Origin: a virus
DNA length: 64,000 bases
Virus record (IMG/VR): IMGVR_UViG_3300012347_000193
Span: 46,651-110,650 of that record
Reading direction: 5' to 3' (one strand)
Below the pieces are notes generated by a model. It searched no databases, was not told the origin of the DNA, and was given only the letters and a program-made list of their open reading frames with translations. The position numbers were made by a program, and so were the translations under genes. This document shows, in pieces, positions 32,628 to 41,043 of this stretch. How positions within the stretch are numbered: the stretch's first letter is position 1; the number at the start of each line of letters is the position of its first letter.

Positions 32628-34109
32628 ATGAATTATGTGGGAATTAGCTGCGGGTTCCACGATGCCGCCGTTACAGTTATAAATGATTTGGGTACAGTTA
32701 AGTTCTCGGGGCACAGTGAACGATACAGTAAGATTAAGCACGACAAAGACCTATGCGTTGATTTAATTAACGATGCAATGAGTTATGTGTACGGACAACA
32801 CGAACTACACTATTACGAAAAGCCTTTATTAAAGTATCTTAGACAAGTACGTGCAGGAGAGAATCCTAAATTAAGTAATCTATCAGTCAACAATATTATT
32901 GGTTCAACGAATGTAGAACTCTTGGGTGATAAGAAGATTCACACACATAGTCATCATTTAAGTCATGCGGCAGCAGGATTTCAAACAAGTCCCTTTGATG
33001 ATGCAACCGTTGTAGTTATTGACGCTATTGGCGAGTTTGAGACTATTACTATATGGGACGCAGTATATGTGAATGGTGTAGCACAATATAAAAAGTTATG
33101 GAAACAAACATACCCGGACAGTATTGGGTTATTGTATAGTGCTATGACTAAACGGGTAGGACTAAAGCCACTAGACGAAGAATACATTCTTATGGGCATG
33201 GCTGCATATGGTGAGCCCAAACACTATACTAGTTTACATTTAGATATGCTAGAATCTACTAGCGAAATAGAGTTTAAGCAGAATCTGCATGTTGGAGTGT
33301 CAGAAGATTATCTATTAAATGCTGATAACATGGATATTGCAGCCAGTACGCAATTACTTACTGAGCATTTAATTAAGAATGTAATGCGTAAAGCAAGAAT
33401 GCTAGGCAGCAGTAAAAATCTTGTATATGGTGGCGGTGTAGCATTAAACTGTTTAGCTAATAGATTATTAGGGGAATACTTTGAACAAATATGGATTATG
33501 CCTAATCCCGGTGATGCTGGTAGTAGCCTTGGTGCTGCCGCTTTGGGTTATGGGGGTAGAATTAACTTCAACAGTAGTTATTTGGGGCATCTTATTCCTG
33601 GCAGTTATCCTGTTAATGATATACTTGATGAGTTACTTACTAAGTCTATTGTGGGAGTGGCAAGCGGACGTGCCGAATGTGGCCCTCGTGCCTTGGGGAA
33701 CCGTAGTCTCTTGGGCGATCCAAGAGGGATACATATTAAGGAAAAAGTAAATGCAATTAAAAGACGACAACAATTCAGACCCTTTGCGCCAGTTATTCTG
33801 GAAGAATTGGTGCATGAGTATTTTATTATGCCTGATAATTGGGATAGTAGTCGGTATATGCAAGTCATCGCTACTTGCAGGTATCCTGAGTTATTTCCTG
33901 CTATCGTTCATCACGACGGCACTAGTCGTGTCCAGACTGTGCCTAAAGACGGCTCAGGAATCAGAGAGCTCCTTGAAAAGTGGTACATAATGACTGAATG
34001 TCCTATGTTACTTAATACAAGTCTAAACATTCGCGGAGAGCCAATGGTTAACGATAGAAGTGATGCAGATAGATTTGAAGAATTATATAACGTAAAGGTT
34101 TGTACATGA
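32628..34109 (+). CDS. Carbamoyltransferase (NodU/CmcH family)
   Basis: HDAA, ERY..IKHD, HHLSHAA, DAIGE, GGVALNC, GDAG, GPRALGNRS, FRPFAP, DGTSRVQTV and LNTSLN. Confidence 0.95.
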   Translation: MNYVGISCGFHDAAVTVINDLGTVKFSGHSERYSKIKHDKDLCVDLINDAMSYVYGQHELHYYEKPLLKYLRQVRAGENPKLSNLSVNNIIGSTNVELLGDKKIHTHSHHLSHAAAGFQTSPFDDATVVVIDAIGEFETITIWDAVYVNGVAQYKKLWKQTYPDSIGLLYSAMTKRVGLKPLDEEYILMGMAAYGEPKHYTSLHLDMLESTSEIEFKQNLHVGVSEDYLLNADNMDIAASTQLLTEHLIKNVMRKARMLGSSKNLVYGGGVALNCLANRLLGEYFEQIWIMPNPGDAGSSLGAAALGYGGRINFNSSYLGHLIPGSYPVNDILDELLTKSIVGVASGRAECGPRALGNRSLLGDPRGIHIKEKVNAIKRRQQFRPFAPVILEELVHEYFIMPDNWDSSRYMQVIATCRYPELFPAIVHHDGTSRVQTVPKDGSGIRELLEKWYIMTECPMLLNTSLNIRGEPMVNDRSDADRFEELYNVKVCT

Positions 34110-36244
34110 TTGACATTGACCGACGAATCGAATTATTCAAGCAAGGTTATTGGGAAACTCCTGGGGGGTTAGACACAAGTAACTTTGATTTTGATTGGCG
34201 CCCTGAACCATGGGATAGACCGTTTATTCATCAATTTGGTACACAGCATCAAAAGACAGGTGGACCAAGATTTGTGATTCCAGAAGCAGAAGGAATCAAA
34301 CATCACAGTCATCAACATGCTATTAAGTTACCTGATCCAGCTAATAGATGCTGGAGACCGTTGTTAGCAAATTGCACAATTGATTATAGCTGGCATCCTG
34401 ACGAGACAGAAGAACCCTACATATATATTTTCGGTAGTCAATGGTACCCTGCTGAGATTATGAAAACGTTTCAGTACAGAATGCCGGGAGCAACTGAAAA
34501 GAAATATGTTAGCAATATAACTGCTACATTATTACCCAACAAAGACCGATGGGAAATACCCGAAGATATTAGTGATGACTTTGATTATAGCTGGGTCCCG
34601 CATCCGTTCGACCCTCCTGAATATAATTATCAATTTGGTACACAGCATCAAAAGACAGGTGGTCCTAAGTTTATTAGACAAGGTGCGACTAGCGTAAAAT
34701 ACGTATCAGACTTAGTTGCAACTAAACTACCTAATAGAAATAAGCGTAACTGGAGACCGTTATTACCTAACATCGGCGATGAAAGTTTTGATTGGTCTTG
34801 GCATCCAGATGATACTGTGCCACCTAGCACATATGTATTTGCAAACCAACATCACGCACATCAGCCTACACTATTGTATAGAGTACCGGAAGCTACTGAA
34901 AAGACATTGATGCCACAGGTAGTTAAACTTCTACCTAAGCCTGATAACTTTGAAGTCTTAGTAGAAGACGATATTGAGTTTGATTTTAGTTGGTTGCCTG
35001 ACCCTAACGAACCACCTATGAATTTTGTGTTCGGAAATCAATGGTATGATAGTGTAACGATGCCTACAGTCAAGTTCATTAACAATGAAACTAGTGTTGT
35101 AAAGTACATGGACGATATTGTAGCAACTATCAAATCTAATCCTAGAAAGTTCAGAGTAATTGAACCAGTAAGTGATTTTGATTATAGTTGGAGACCCGAC
35201 CCTAACGAGCCTGCATATAACTATATCTTTGGTAATGAGTATCACTCAGCAGAGTTTATGCCAACATTGATGTATAGAGTTAAAGGTGCAACGGAAACCA
35301 AGTACTTAGATACAGTTAAACCTACTCTAGCAATAGAGAAAGTATCATTCGAAGACAGTATATTTGATGCTGTAATGGAACACGACTTTCAAACCAAGTA
35401 CGTTCATTTTCAGAATACAAATCATCCGTTAGATTATAAGATGGCTATCCCTAAGTACGATCCTGAGCGTGAGTATGTACACTTGTATGAAGATTGTGCA
35501 ATCGTACCTAATGGCATTAAATCGCATTTGTTTGATAAGTTAACAGACTATCCATATGTAGTAACAGATAAGTTGATGGGTTACGTTAAGCCGCTGGATA
35601 TTATCTTTATCAGTAACGGAGAAAGTTGTGCAGAAGACAATTACAATCACTTAGTAAGTCTAAACTTACCTAATCGCATTGTAAGAGTATCTAACGTTAA
35701 TGGACGTGTGGCTAGTCAATATGCGGCTGCAAATGCTAGTGAGTCTCCTTGGTACTTCTTGATTAATGCTAAACTTAAAGTTAGTGAAGACTTTGATTTC
35801 AATTGGCAACCTAATATCATGCAGACACGTAAGCACTATATCTTTAGAGCACGTAATCCTATCAATGGGTTAGAGTACGGTCACATGGCAATGGTAGCCA
35901 ACAACAAGAAACTAACACTAGCAACTAAGGGCTTGGGTCTTGACTTTACTATGGAAAGCCCGCATGAAGTAGTGAATATTCTGTCAGGAACCGCAGTATT
36001 CACTAGTGCATGGGATGCATGGCGTACAGCGTTTAGAGAGATGATTAAACTATGTTGCAACGATGACCAAGAATCTATTGATAGAGGCTCAGCTTGGATC
36101 AATAAGGGTGAGGGCGAGTTCGGTGAATATAGCAAGAATGGTGCAAGAGATGCAGTTGACTATTATACTCATGTCGGTGGTGACTTCGACAAGCTAAAAC
36201 TAAGCTATGACTGGGCCTGGCTATACGATAGATTTGCTAAATAG
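34106..36244 (+). CDS. Repeat protein with C-terminal glycosyltransferase-like domain
   Basis: Six roughly 66-aa units with FD(F/Y)SWxPDPxEPxYxYxFGxQ, then a domain homologous to 23519-24466. Start reassigned to the ATGA overlap at 34106. Confidence 0.7.
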   Translation: MIDIDRRIELFKQGYWETPGGLDTSNFDFDWRPEPWDRPFIHQFGTQHQKTGGPRFVIPEAEGIKHHSHQHAIKLPDPANRCWRPLLANCTIDYSWHPDETEEPYIYIFGSQWYPAEIMKTFQYRMPGATEKKYVSNITATLLPNKDRWEIPEDISDDFDYSWVPHPFDPPEYNYQFGTQHQKTGGPKFIRQGATSVKYVSDLVATKLPNRNKRNWRPLLPNIGDESFDWSWHPDDTVPPSTYVFANQHHAHQPTLLYRVPEATEKTLMPQVVKLLPKPDNFEVLVEDDIEFDFSWLPDPNEPPMNFVFGNQWYDSVTMPTVKFINNETSVVKYMDDIVATIKSNPRKFRVIEPVSDFDYSWRPDPNEPAYNYIFGNEYHSAEFMPTLMYRVKGATETKYLDTVKPTLAIEKVSFEDSIFDAVMEHDFQTKYVHFQNTNHPLDYKMAIPKYDPEREYVHLYEDCAIVPNGIKSHLFDKLTDYPYVVTDKLMGYVKPLDIIFISNGESCAEDNYNHLVSLNLPNRIVRVSNVNGRVASQYAAANASESPWYFLINAKLKVSEDFDFNWQPNIMQTRKHYIFRARNPINGLEYGHMAMVANNKKLTLATKGLGLDFTMESPHEVVNILSGTAVFTSAWDAWRTAFREMIKLCCNDDQESIDRGSAWINKGEGEFGEYSKNGARDAVDYYTHVGGDFDKLKLSYDWAWLYDRFAK
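34230..34662 (+). repeat. Identical 34-bp direct repeat inside the repeat protein
   Basis: ATCAATTTGGTACACAGCATCAAAAGACAGGTGG at 34230-34263 and 34629-34662 (QFGTQHQKTGG). Confidence 0.85.
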
Positions 36245-36247
36245 TAG

Positions 36248-36343
36248 ATGACTTACTTATTCTGGCTTGTTATTTTGGGCATTGTTGGTGGAGCAATCTA
36301 CTGGATCATGGACTGGAAAAAGCAGTTCCCTAACGGCGAATAA
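36248..36343 (+). CDS. 31-aa single-pass membrane peptide MTYLFWLVILGIVGGAIYWIMDWKKQFPNGE
   Basis: Clean hydrophobic helix followed by KK; fills the intergenic gap. Confidence 0.55.
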   Translation: MTYLFWLVILGIVGGAIYWIMDWKKQFPNGE

Positions 36344-36363
36344 GTGAGATAAGGATATAAACA

Positions 36364-38208
36364 ATGGCAGCAGGAATTACATTTAATGGTGGAGTAACAA
36401 TTACTGGTGGAATACTTCTGGGACCTACCCCAGACTCTATCGAAGTTGTTGCCACTGGCCCGTCAGCTCAAGATGGTTCATATGCATGGGGAGCCTCAGC
36501 AGGCAGCTTTGGAATAGTTAATAGTAACTATATCTCAGCTCTGTTCAATTTTGAGATGACTAATAACGACAGTAACGGATACACGTTCTTGTATGTAACA
36601 CCTGGTTCTTATTCTGGTTTCTCAGTTTCAAATAACGTAATCGATGGTGACTTACCATCTTACCCTAGAATATTCACAATCGGTGGCACTAATTATGAAT
36701 TTAGTGCCTACCCTTATGGGTACTTTGCTACAAGTGATGTAGCAGATTTAAAAAATAAAGTAGGTCAAGTAGTTAAAGTAATTTACAATCCTGCAGTGCA
36801 GGGCGCTGCGCCCACACCAAACACAATGTTGATTAAGTCATATTATAATCCATCAGGCATGGGTAACACTAGTTACGGTGCATCAGGATACTTTAACTAC
36901 ATGACGTTTGGTGGATTGTATAGTCAATATTTCAATGCTATTGTGTATAACACTAATACGGCTGATACTTTGATTTCATTACGTGAAGGAAATTATACTA
37001 CCTTTGCAGTAAACAGTAGCGGTGCAATCGATACTGACACAAATGGTTCAACAAGAAAGTTTACTTTCGATGGCGTAGAAGTTATTGGCACGTTTGCTTC
37101 TTCTGCATTTGCATATATTGCATCTGGTGATGCATTAAGTTTAATGTCAAAAGTAAATTCAACTATCACAATAGTGTATGATCCGGAAGCACAAGCCGGC
37201 GGTGGCGGTGGTGCAGCCGGCGAATTAGCATCAGGTACTATTACTGTCGGCGACCAGTTCGGTATGGTTTACGGTTGGCAAGCTGGGCAGTTCGGTGACT
37301 CAACCTTCTCAATGATGGGTCCGATTATAGCAATTAAATATGACTCTAGCTACCCTAGAACACAAATTAATTTCTTAACAGGAACTTATGGTAGCATAGT
37401 TATTGATTTTGACACAGTTGGCGGCGAAACTTCGGTTACTGTTGTAATCGATGGAATTACTGAAGTACTAACTATTGCAAGCGGAACTGCCCAAGCAACT
37501 GTAACAGGAGATCCATTCGGATTAGCTAACAAAGTTGGGCAAACTCTCAACGTGTCAGTAACACCCGGAATTCCGCAAGCCGGCTTTGTTGCAGGTAATG
37601 CATACACTATGAATAATGATTATAGCTCGTTAGGTATTACAATCAATGGTAGCACGAGCGAATATGAAATTCGAATAGTTTCATTTGCATGGTACAATAG
37701 TGCAGGCTACAATGAATTGCTTGCATTGACCACTGGATCTCAGTTCCAAGTACTTGCTAATCTTGACGCAGGCGGAACCGGAGACTCTCTGTTCACGTTA
37801 ACAAGTGGATTTGTTGACCAAGGCCCGTTCTATCAAGCAACTGCAACAGCATCAGTGGCACTCCAAACAAATGGAGTTACACCGGAAACTGTAACTTTAC
37901 CTGCAGCAGCCGCAGGCACTACTTATACATCAAGTAACTGGACTAGTGGAAGCTGGGAAGATATGGGAGGTTGGAGAGTATCTCTCAGCTTAGGCTCAAC
38001 TCCTGAATCATCTTTCTTAACTGCACTTAACGCATTAACTACTGGCGACACCATCGCTATAACAGACAACAATAACGTCACTGAGACTAGAACTATCACT
38101 AGCATATCGGGACAACCTTATTCTAGCTACAGTCAAGTAATCATTTACACAGATAGCGCACCTCCTGGTAATACATCATGGTGGACTATTGATAGTATAG
38201 CTATTTAA
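36364..38208 (+). CDS. Beta-rich putative virion or receptor-binding protein
   Basis: 614 aa with an AAGGA RBS. It is G/S/T/Y-rich with repeated '.L.NKVGQ...V.Y.P' domain ends. Confidence 0.55.
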   Translation: MAAGITFNGGVTITGGILLGPTPDSIEVVATGPSAQDGSYAWGASAGSFGIVNSNYISALFNFEMTNNDSNGYTFLYVTPGSYSGFSVSNNVIDGDLPSYPRIFTIGGTNYEFSAYPYGYFATSDVADLKNKVGQVVKVIYNPAVQGAAPTPNTMLIKSYYNPSGMGNTSYGASGYFNYMTFGGLYSQYFNAIVYNTNTADTLISLREGNYTTFAVNSSGAIDTDTNGSTRKFTFDGVEVIGTFASSAFAYIASGDALSLMSKVNSTITIVYDPEAQAGGGGGAAGELASGTITVGDQFGMVYGWQAGQFGDSTFSMMGPIIAIKYDSSYPRTQINFLTGTYGSIVIDFDTVGGETSVTVVIDGITEVLTIASGTAQATVTGDPFGLANKVGQTLNVSVTPGIPQAGFVAGNAYTMNNDYSSLGITINGSTSEYEIRIVSFAWYNSAGYNELLALTTGSQFQVLANLDAGGTGDSLFTLTSGFVDQGPFYQATATASVALQTNGVTPETVTLPAAAAGTTYTSSNWTSGSWEDMGGWRVSLSLGSTPESSFLTALNALTTGDTIAITDNNNVTETRTITSISGQPYSSYSQVIIYTDSAPPGNTSWWTIDSIAI

Positions 38209-38224
38209 AACGGGCAAGTTACTA

Positions 38225-38253
38225 TTGACACAATCGAAAGGTTGTGTTATAGT
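38225..38253 (+). promoter_or_regulatory. Sigma70-type promoter of the tmRNA
   Basis: TTGACA-17 nt-TATAGT, with a TG extension. Confidence 0.85.
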
Positions 38254-38259
38254 ATGAGT

Positions 38260-38600
38260 TATTGCTGTATGAAGCAAAGAGAAAAGTGTTCTGGACGCGG
38301 GTTCGAAACCCGCCAGGTCCACCATAAAGCATACTAGTCGGCGACTAAGCGTAATTAATGCGGTCTCTACGGAGTGAAAGGGTCAGTGGTTCGATTCCAC
38401 ATAGTGTGTTTTATAATGGGCCTGACTTGGATTCGACAGGGCAACAAGTAAATTAGTGGACAGCTCGGGAATGTGAAACCCGTAGGGTTGGGGGAACTCG
38501 GCCGCAGAAGCAAAAAACCATAAATGCAAACGATTCAGTTTACGCATTGGCTGCTTGATAAAAGCATCCTAGGGTAAGACATACCTCGTAACAGAAACTC
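38260..38600 (+). ncRNA. ssrA: Circularly permuted (two-piece) tmRNA; tag (A)ANDSVYALAA. Outer ends approximate.
   Basis: T-arm GCGGG-TTCGAAA-CCCGC plus CAGGTCC-A-CCA (38297-38324) precedes the 5' acceptor strand GGGCCTG...GGATTCGAC (38418 onward). The strands pair over 7 bp with G3:U70. Tag ORF 38526-38558 reads GCA AAC GAT TCA GTT TAC GCA TTG GCT GCT TGA. Confidence 0.95.
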
Positions 38601-38602
38601 AA

Positions 38603-38630
38603 GAAAAGGCTCTTCGGAGTCTTTTCCTTT
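38603..38630 (+). terminator. Intrinsic terminator after ssrA
   Basis: GAAAAGGCTC-TTCG-GAGTCTTTTC followed by CTTT. Confidence 0.8.
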
Positions 38631-38676
38631 GTCAACGTAATGTAAGGCAAAGGCGTTGTATATGTATGGAGCTAAT

Positions 38677-38811
38677 ATGCAACTAACAAAACCCAAAGAA
38701 CATTCTGACGATAAGCCTAGCAAGTATGAGACAATTTTTTTAATTAGAACTTGCTCACGAGGTTGCCCTAATTGCGACAAGAAACGCATAGGAACATGTC
38801 AGTGTAAGTAA
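38677..38811 (+). CDS. 44-aa Cys-rich peptide (…RTCSRGCPNCDKKRIGTCQCK)
   Basis: GGAG RBS; five Cys in the C-terminal half; absent from the ORF track. Confidence 0.5.
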   Translation: MQLTKPKEHSDDKPSKYETIFLIRTCSRGCPNCDKKRIGTCQCK

Positions 38812-38854
38812 CCTTTTTTGTTGCACTAGTCCTAGAATAATATATACTAGCACT

Positions 38855-39145
38855 ATGAGTAACGAAACAGCTAAATTTATCAACTCTCAACGCCGTCACA
38901 AAACGGACGTTCACATTGCTAGACAAGTGAAGATTGCCAGACAAAGTTTGACACACGACACTTCTAAAGTTGCTAAACAACCTCACCGTCTAGCAAAACG
39001 ACACGCTATGGATTGTGGCAGTCCAAAATGCTATCTATGCGGAAATCCCCGCAAGACCCATAAAGACAAACTAACCGTACAAGAGAAACGATTGTTTCAA
39101 GACTTGGAAAAAGTTACTGACAAGCACAGTAATGGGTTACTATAA
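38855..39145 (+). CDS. Basic hypothetical protein with CxxxxCxxC Zn-binding-like motif
   Basis: CGSPKCYLCGNPRK; preceded by TTGCAC-16 nt-TATACT (38821-38848). Confidence 0.7.
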   Translation: MSNETAKFINSQRRHKTDVHIARQVKIARQSLTHDTSKVAKQPHRLAKRHAMDCGSPKCYLCGNPRKTHKDKLTVQEKRLFQDLEKVTDKHSNGLL

Positions 39146-39254
39146 AAATATTTATAGAATTTTACCCAAACAAACTAGTGTTTACACTAACATTAGTGTA
39201 CACTACTGTTATCAAGATTATCTTGAAAATTAATAATACATAAAGGAAATTAAA

Positions 39255-39794
39255 ATGAAAACAGTCGGCGATAAGTTAGAAAAATTTGCAGTCACGGGTG
39301 TTAAGCCAGGACAACCAGAAGATGCATTCTTCGACATTACAGATGAAAGTTTCGCTGGTAAGTGGAAAGTAATTGTTTACTATCCAAAAGACTTTACATT
39401 CGTATGCCCTACAGAAATCGTAGCATACGACAAGTTGACTGGTGACTTTGCGGATCGTGACGCAGTATTGCTAACCGGTTCAACAGACAATGAGTTCTGT
39501 AAGGTCGCGTGGCAAAAGAGCCACAGTGATTTGATTAAAATCACCCACAACCAATTCGCTGATACACAGCGTGGCGAGTTGAGCTTGATTGAACAGTTGG
39601 GTGTATTCTACGCACCAGCTGGTGCAGCACTCCGTGCAACATTCATTGTTGACCCAGAGAACGTTATTCAACACGTGACTGTAAACAACTTGAACGTTGG
39701 TCGTAGCCCAGAAGAAACATTGCGTATTCTTGACGCATTGCAAACTGGTGAATTGTGTGCATGTAACCGTACAGTCGGTGGAGAGACACTATAA
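39255..39794 (+). CDS. ahpC: Peroxiredoxin AhpC
   Basis: YPKDFTFVCPTE, RATFIVDP, VGRS..E.LR.LDALQ and C-terminal CAC. Confidence 0.96.
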   Translation: MKTVGDKLEKFAVTGVKPGQPEDAFFDITDESFAGKWKVIVYYPKDFTFVCPTEIVAYDKLTGDFADRDAVLLTGSTDNEFCKVAWQKSHSDLIKITHNQFADTQRGELSLIEQLGVFYAPAGAALRATFIVDPENVIQHVTVNNLNVGRSPEETLRILDALQTGELCACNRTVGGETL

Positions 39795-40300
39795 TGGCAT
39801 TCATTGACGCAATTAAAGGTGCGTTGCCAGAATACGCAAAGGACACCAAGTTAAATCTTGACGCTGTTCTTTTGCGTAGTACATTGGATGCTGATGTTGC
39901 TATGGGTTGTGCCGTAGCTGCATTAGCTGCAACTGGTAACGGTAAGGTACTAGCAGTAATGTTAGCAGATGCTCCTGTTCACGCAGACAGCGCAATGACA
40001 GCCGCAAGCATTATGGCCCAGAACAACATTTGGTATCCCTATGTTGAAATGGCAGATGACCCTGCTCTCAAAGGATTGCCGGCACAGTTACGCATGAATG
40101 CTATTGCTAGTCACGGCGGAACTACTAAGTCAAACTTTGAAGCGTTTAGCTTGGCAGCTAGTATTGTTGGTAAATGTCACTTCTGTGTTAAAGCACACTA
40201 TGAAACATTGAAGCAAGAAGGCTACTCGGTGGAACAGCTTCGTGACATTGGTCGTATTGCCTCTGTAATGAACAGTGTTGCTAAGGTTTTGAATAGCTAA
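39794..40300 (+). CDS. ahpD: Alkyl hydroperoxide reductase AhpD
   Basis: LPEYAKD.KLNL, MA.NN.WY, LRMN and CHFCVKAH; TAATG-coupled to ahpC. Confidence 0.93.
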   Translation: MAFIDAIKGALPEYAKDTKLNLDAVLLRSTLDADVAMGCAVAALAATGNGKVLAVMLADAPVHADSAMTAASIMAQNNIWYPYVEMADDPALKGLPAQLRMNAIASHGGTTKSNFEAFSLAASIVGKCHFCVKAHYETLKQEGYSVEQLRDIGRIASVMNSVAKVLNS

Positions 40301-40334
40301 AATTTGCCCATAAATAGATGAAAGGAATCTATTT

Positions 40335-40436
40335 ATGTTCGCAATATTAACGTGTTTAGCCATAGTCATTGCAAGTTTTGCATTTTCGTGTATAATAGTA
40401 GGTACACAAGAGAAAGACGAAGATGACCCTGGCTGA
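40335..40436 (+). CDS. 33-aa membrane peptide MFAILTCLAIVIASFAFSCIIVGTQEKDEDDPG
   Basis: AAAGGA RBS, upstream TAAATA, and a hydrophobic helix with an acidic tail. Confidence 0.45.
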   Translation: MFAILTCLAIVIASFAFSCIIVGTQEKDEDDPG

Positions 40437-40818
40437 ATACTTTGACACAGTTTGCTATCACGGAACCTACAATTTAGGCGATAGAATATTGGGACGCTAT
40501 AAAGGCGTCCCCTTTATTGGCACTGTCGGTAACGATAACCAACTCAACCCCATCGACGGTCCTTTCTTGACAGTGCATCTTGATTTGCCCATTAAGATTG
40601 ATGAAGAAATAAAAAATGTTATAATTGTAAAACATCACGAAGTCAACAGACTGAAGGAGTATGCGTCTGAAGCTGAATGGATAGCGAAAGCCTCTAAAAC
40701 TTCTGGTAGTGGGTTCGATTCCCACCAGACGCACCAAAAACCCAAGAAGGTTGTGAAAGAAATATCTAAGAGAGAATCTTTACTAGACCGACTTAAAACA
40801 CTTAAAGGTAAAAAATAA
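40423..40818 (+). CDS. Hypothetical protein whose ORF runs through a tRNA
   Basis: 131 aa. The first ~80 aa look globular (PFIGTVGND...HLDLPI), and residues ~81-105 are the tRNA sequence. Confidence 0.65.
   Translation: MTLAEYFDTVCYHGTYNLGDRILGRYKGVPFIGTVGNDNQLNPIDGPFLTVHLDLPIKIDEEIKNVIIVKHHEVNRLKEYASEAEWIAKASKTSGSGFDSHQTHQKPKKVVKEISKRESLLDRLKTLKGKK
40663..40736 (+). tRNA. tRNA with CUA anticodon (amber-suppressor type, Arg-like body)
   Basis: Acceptor GCGTCTG/CAGACGC is perfect. D arm GCTG-AATGGA-TAGC, loop CT-CTA-AA (40692-98), T arm GTGGG-TTCGATT-CCCAC, then A and encoded CCA. The anticodon stem is weak (3 of 5 bp). Confidence 0.8.
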
Positions 40819-41043
40819 ATGGATATGGATAACGCAGCCGTCTTTTTAGCCGGTACAATTTTATATGCAATCGGGTTGATAATCATCTTGGCTGCAACTA
40901 TCATTGCTAATAACTTGATTCATAAGTTCTGGAAAAGTTTTGGATGGTCATTCATGCCTAATTACTGGACGCAAGAAACCACGAGATTCGCAACACCTGA
41001 AGAAGCAGCGAAGATTGCCCCTACATTAGACGAGAAAAAATGA
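40819..41043 (+). CDS. Small membrane protein
   Basis: 74 aa with one long hydrophobic helix. Confidence 0.7.
   Translation: MDMDNAAVFLAGTILYAIGLIIILAATIIANNLIHKFWKSFGWSFMPNYWTQETTRFATPEEAAKIAPTLDEKK

Noticed and set aside
38329-38410. A functional tRNA inside the tmRNA spacer
   Set aside because: It has a T-arm and a closing stem but no convincing D or anticodon arms and no CCA. Kept only as a tRNA-like finding.
38535-38986. Minus-strand ORFs of 84 and 72 aa
   Set aside because: They overlap the tmRNA, its terminator and better-supported plus-strand genes.
40686-40703. Reading the nested tRNA as Arg(UCU)
   Set aside because: That register needs C33 and leaves the anticodon stem essentially unpaired. 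The CUA register gives U33, A37 and three stem pairs. An Arg ancestry remains possible.
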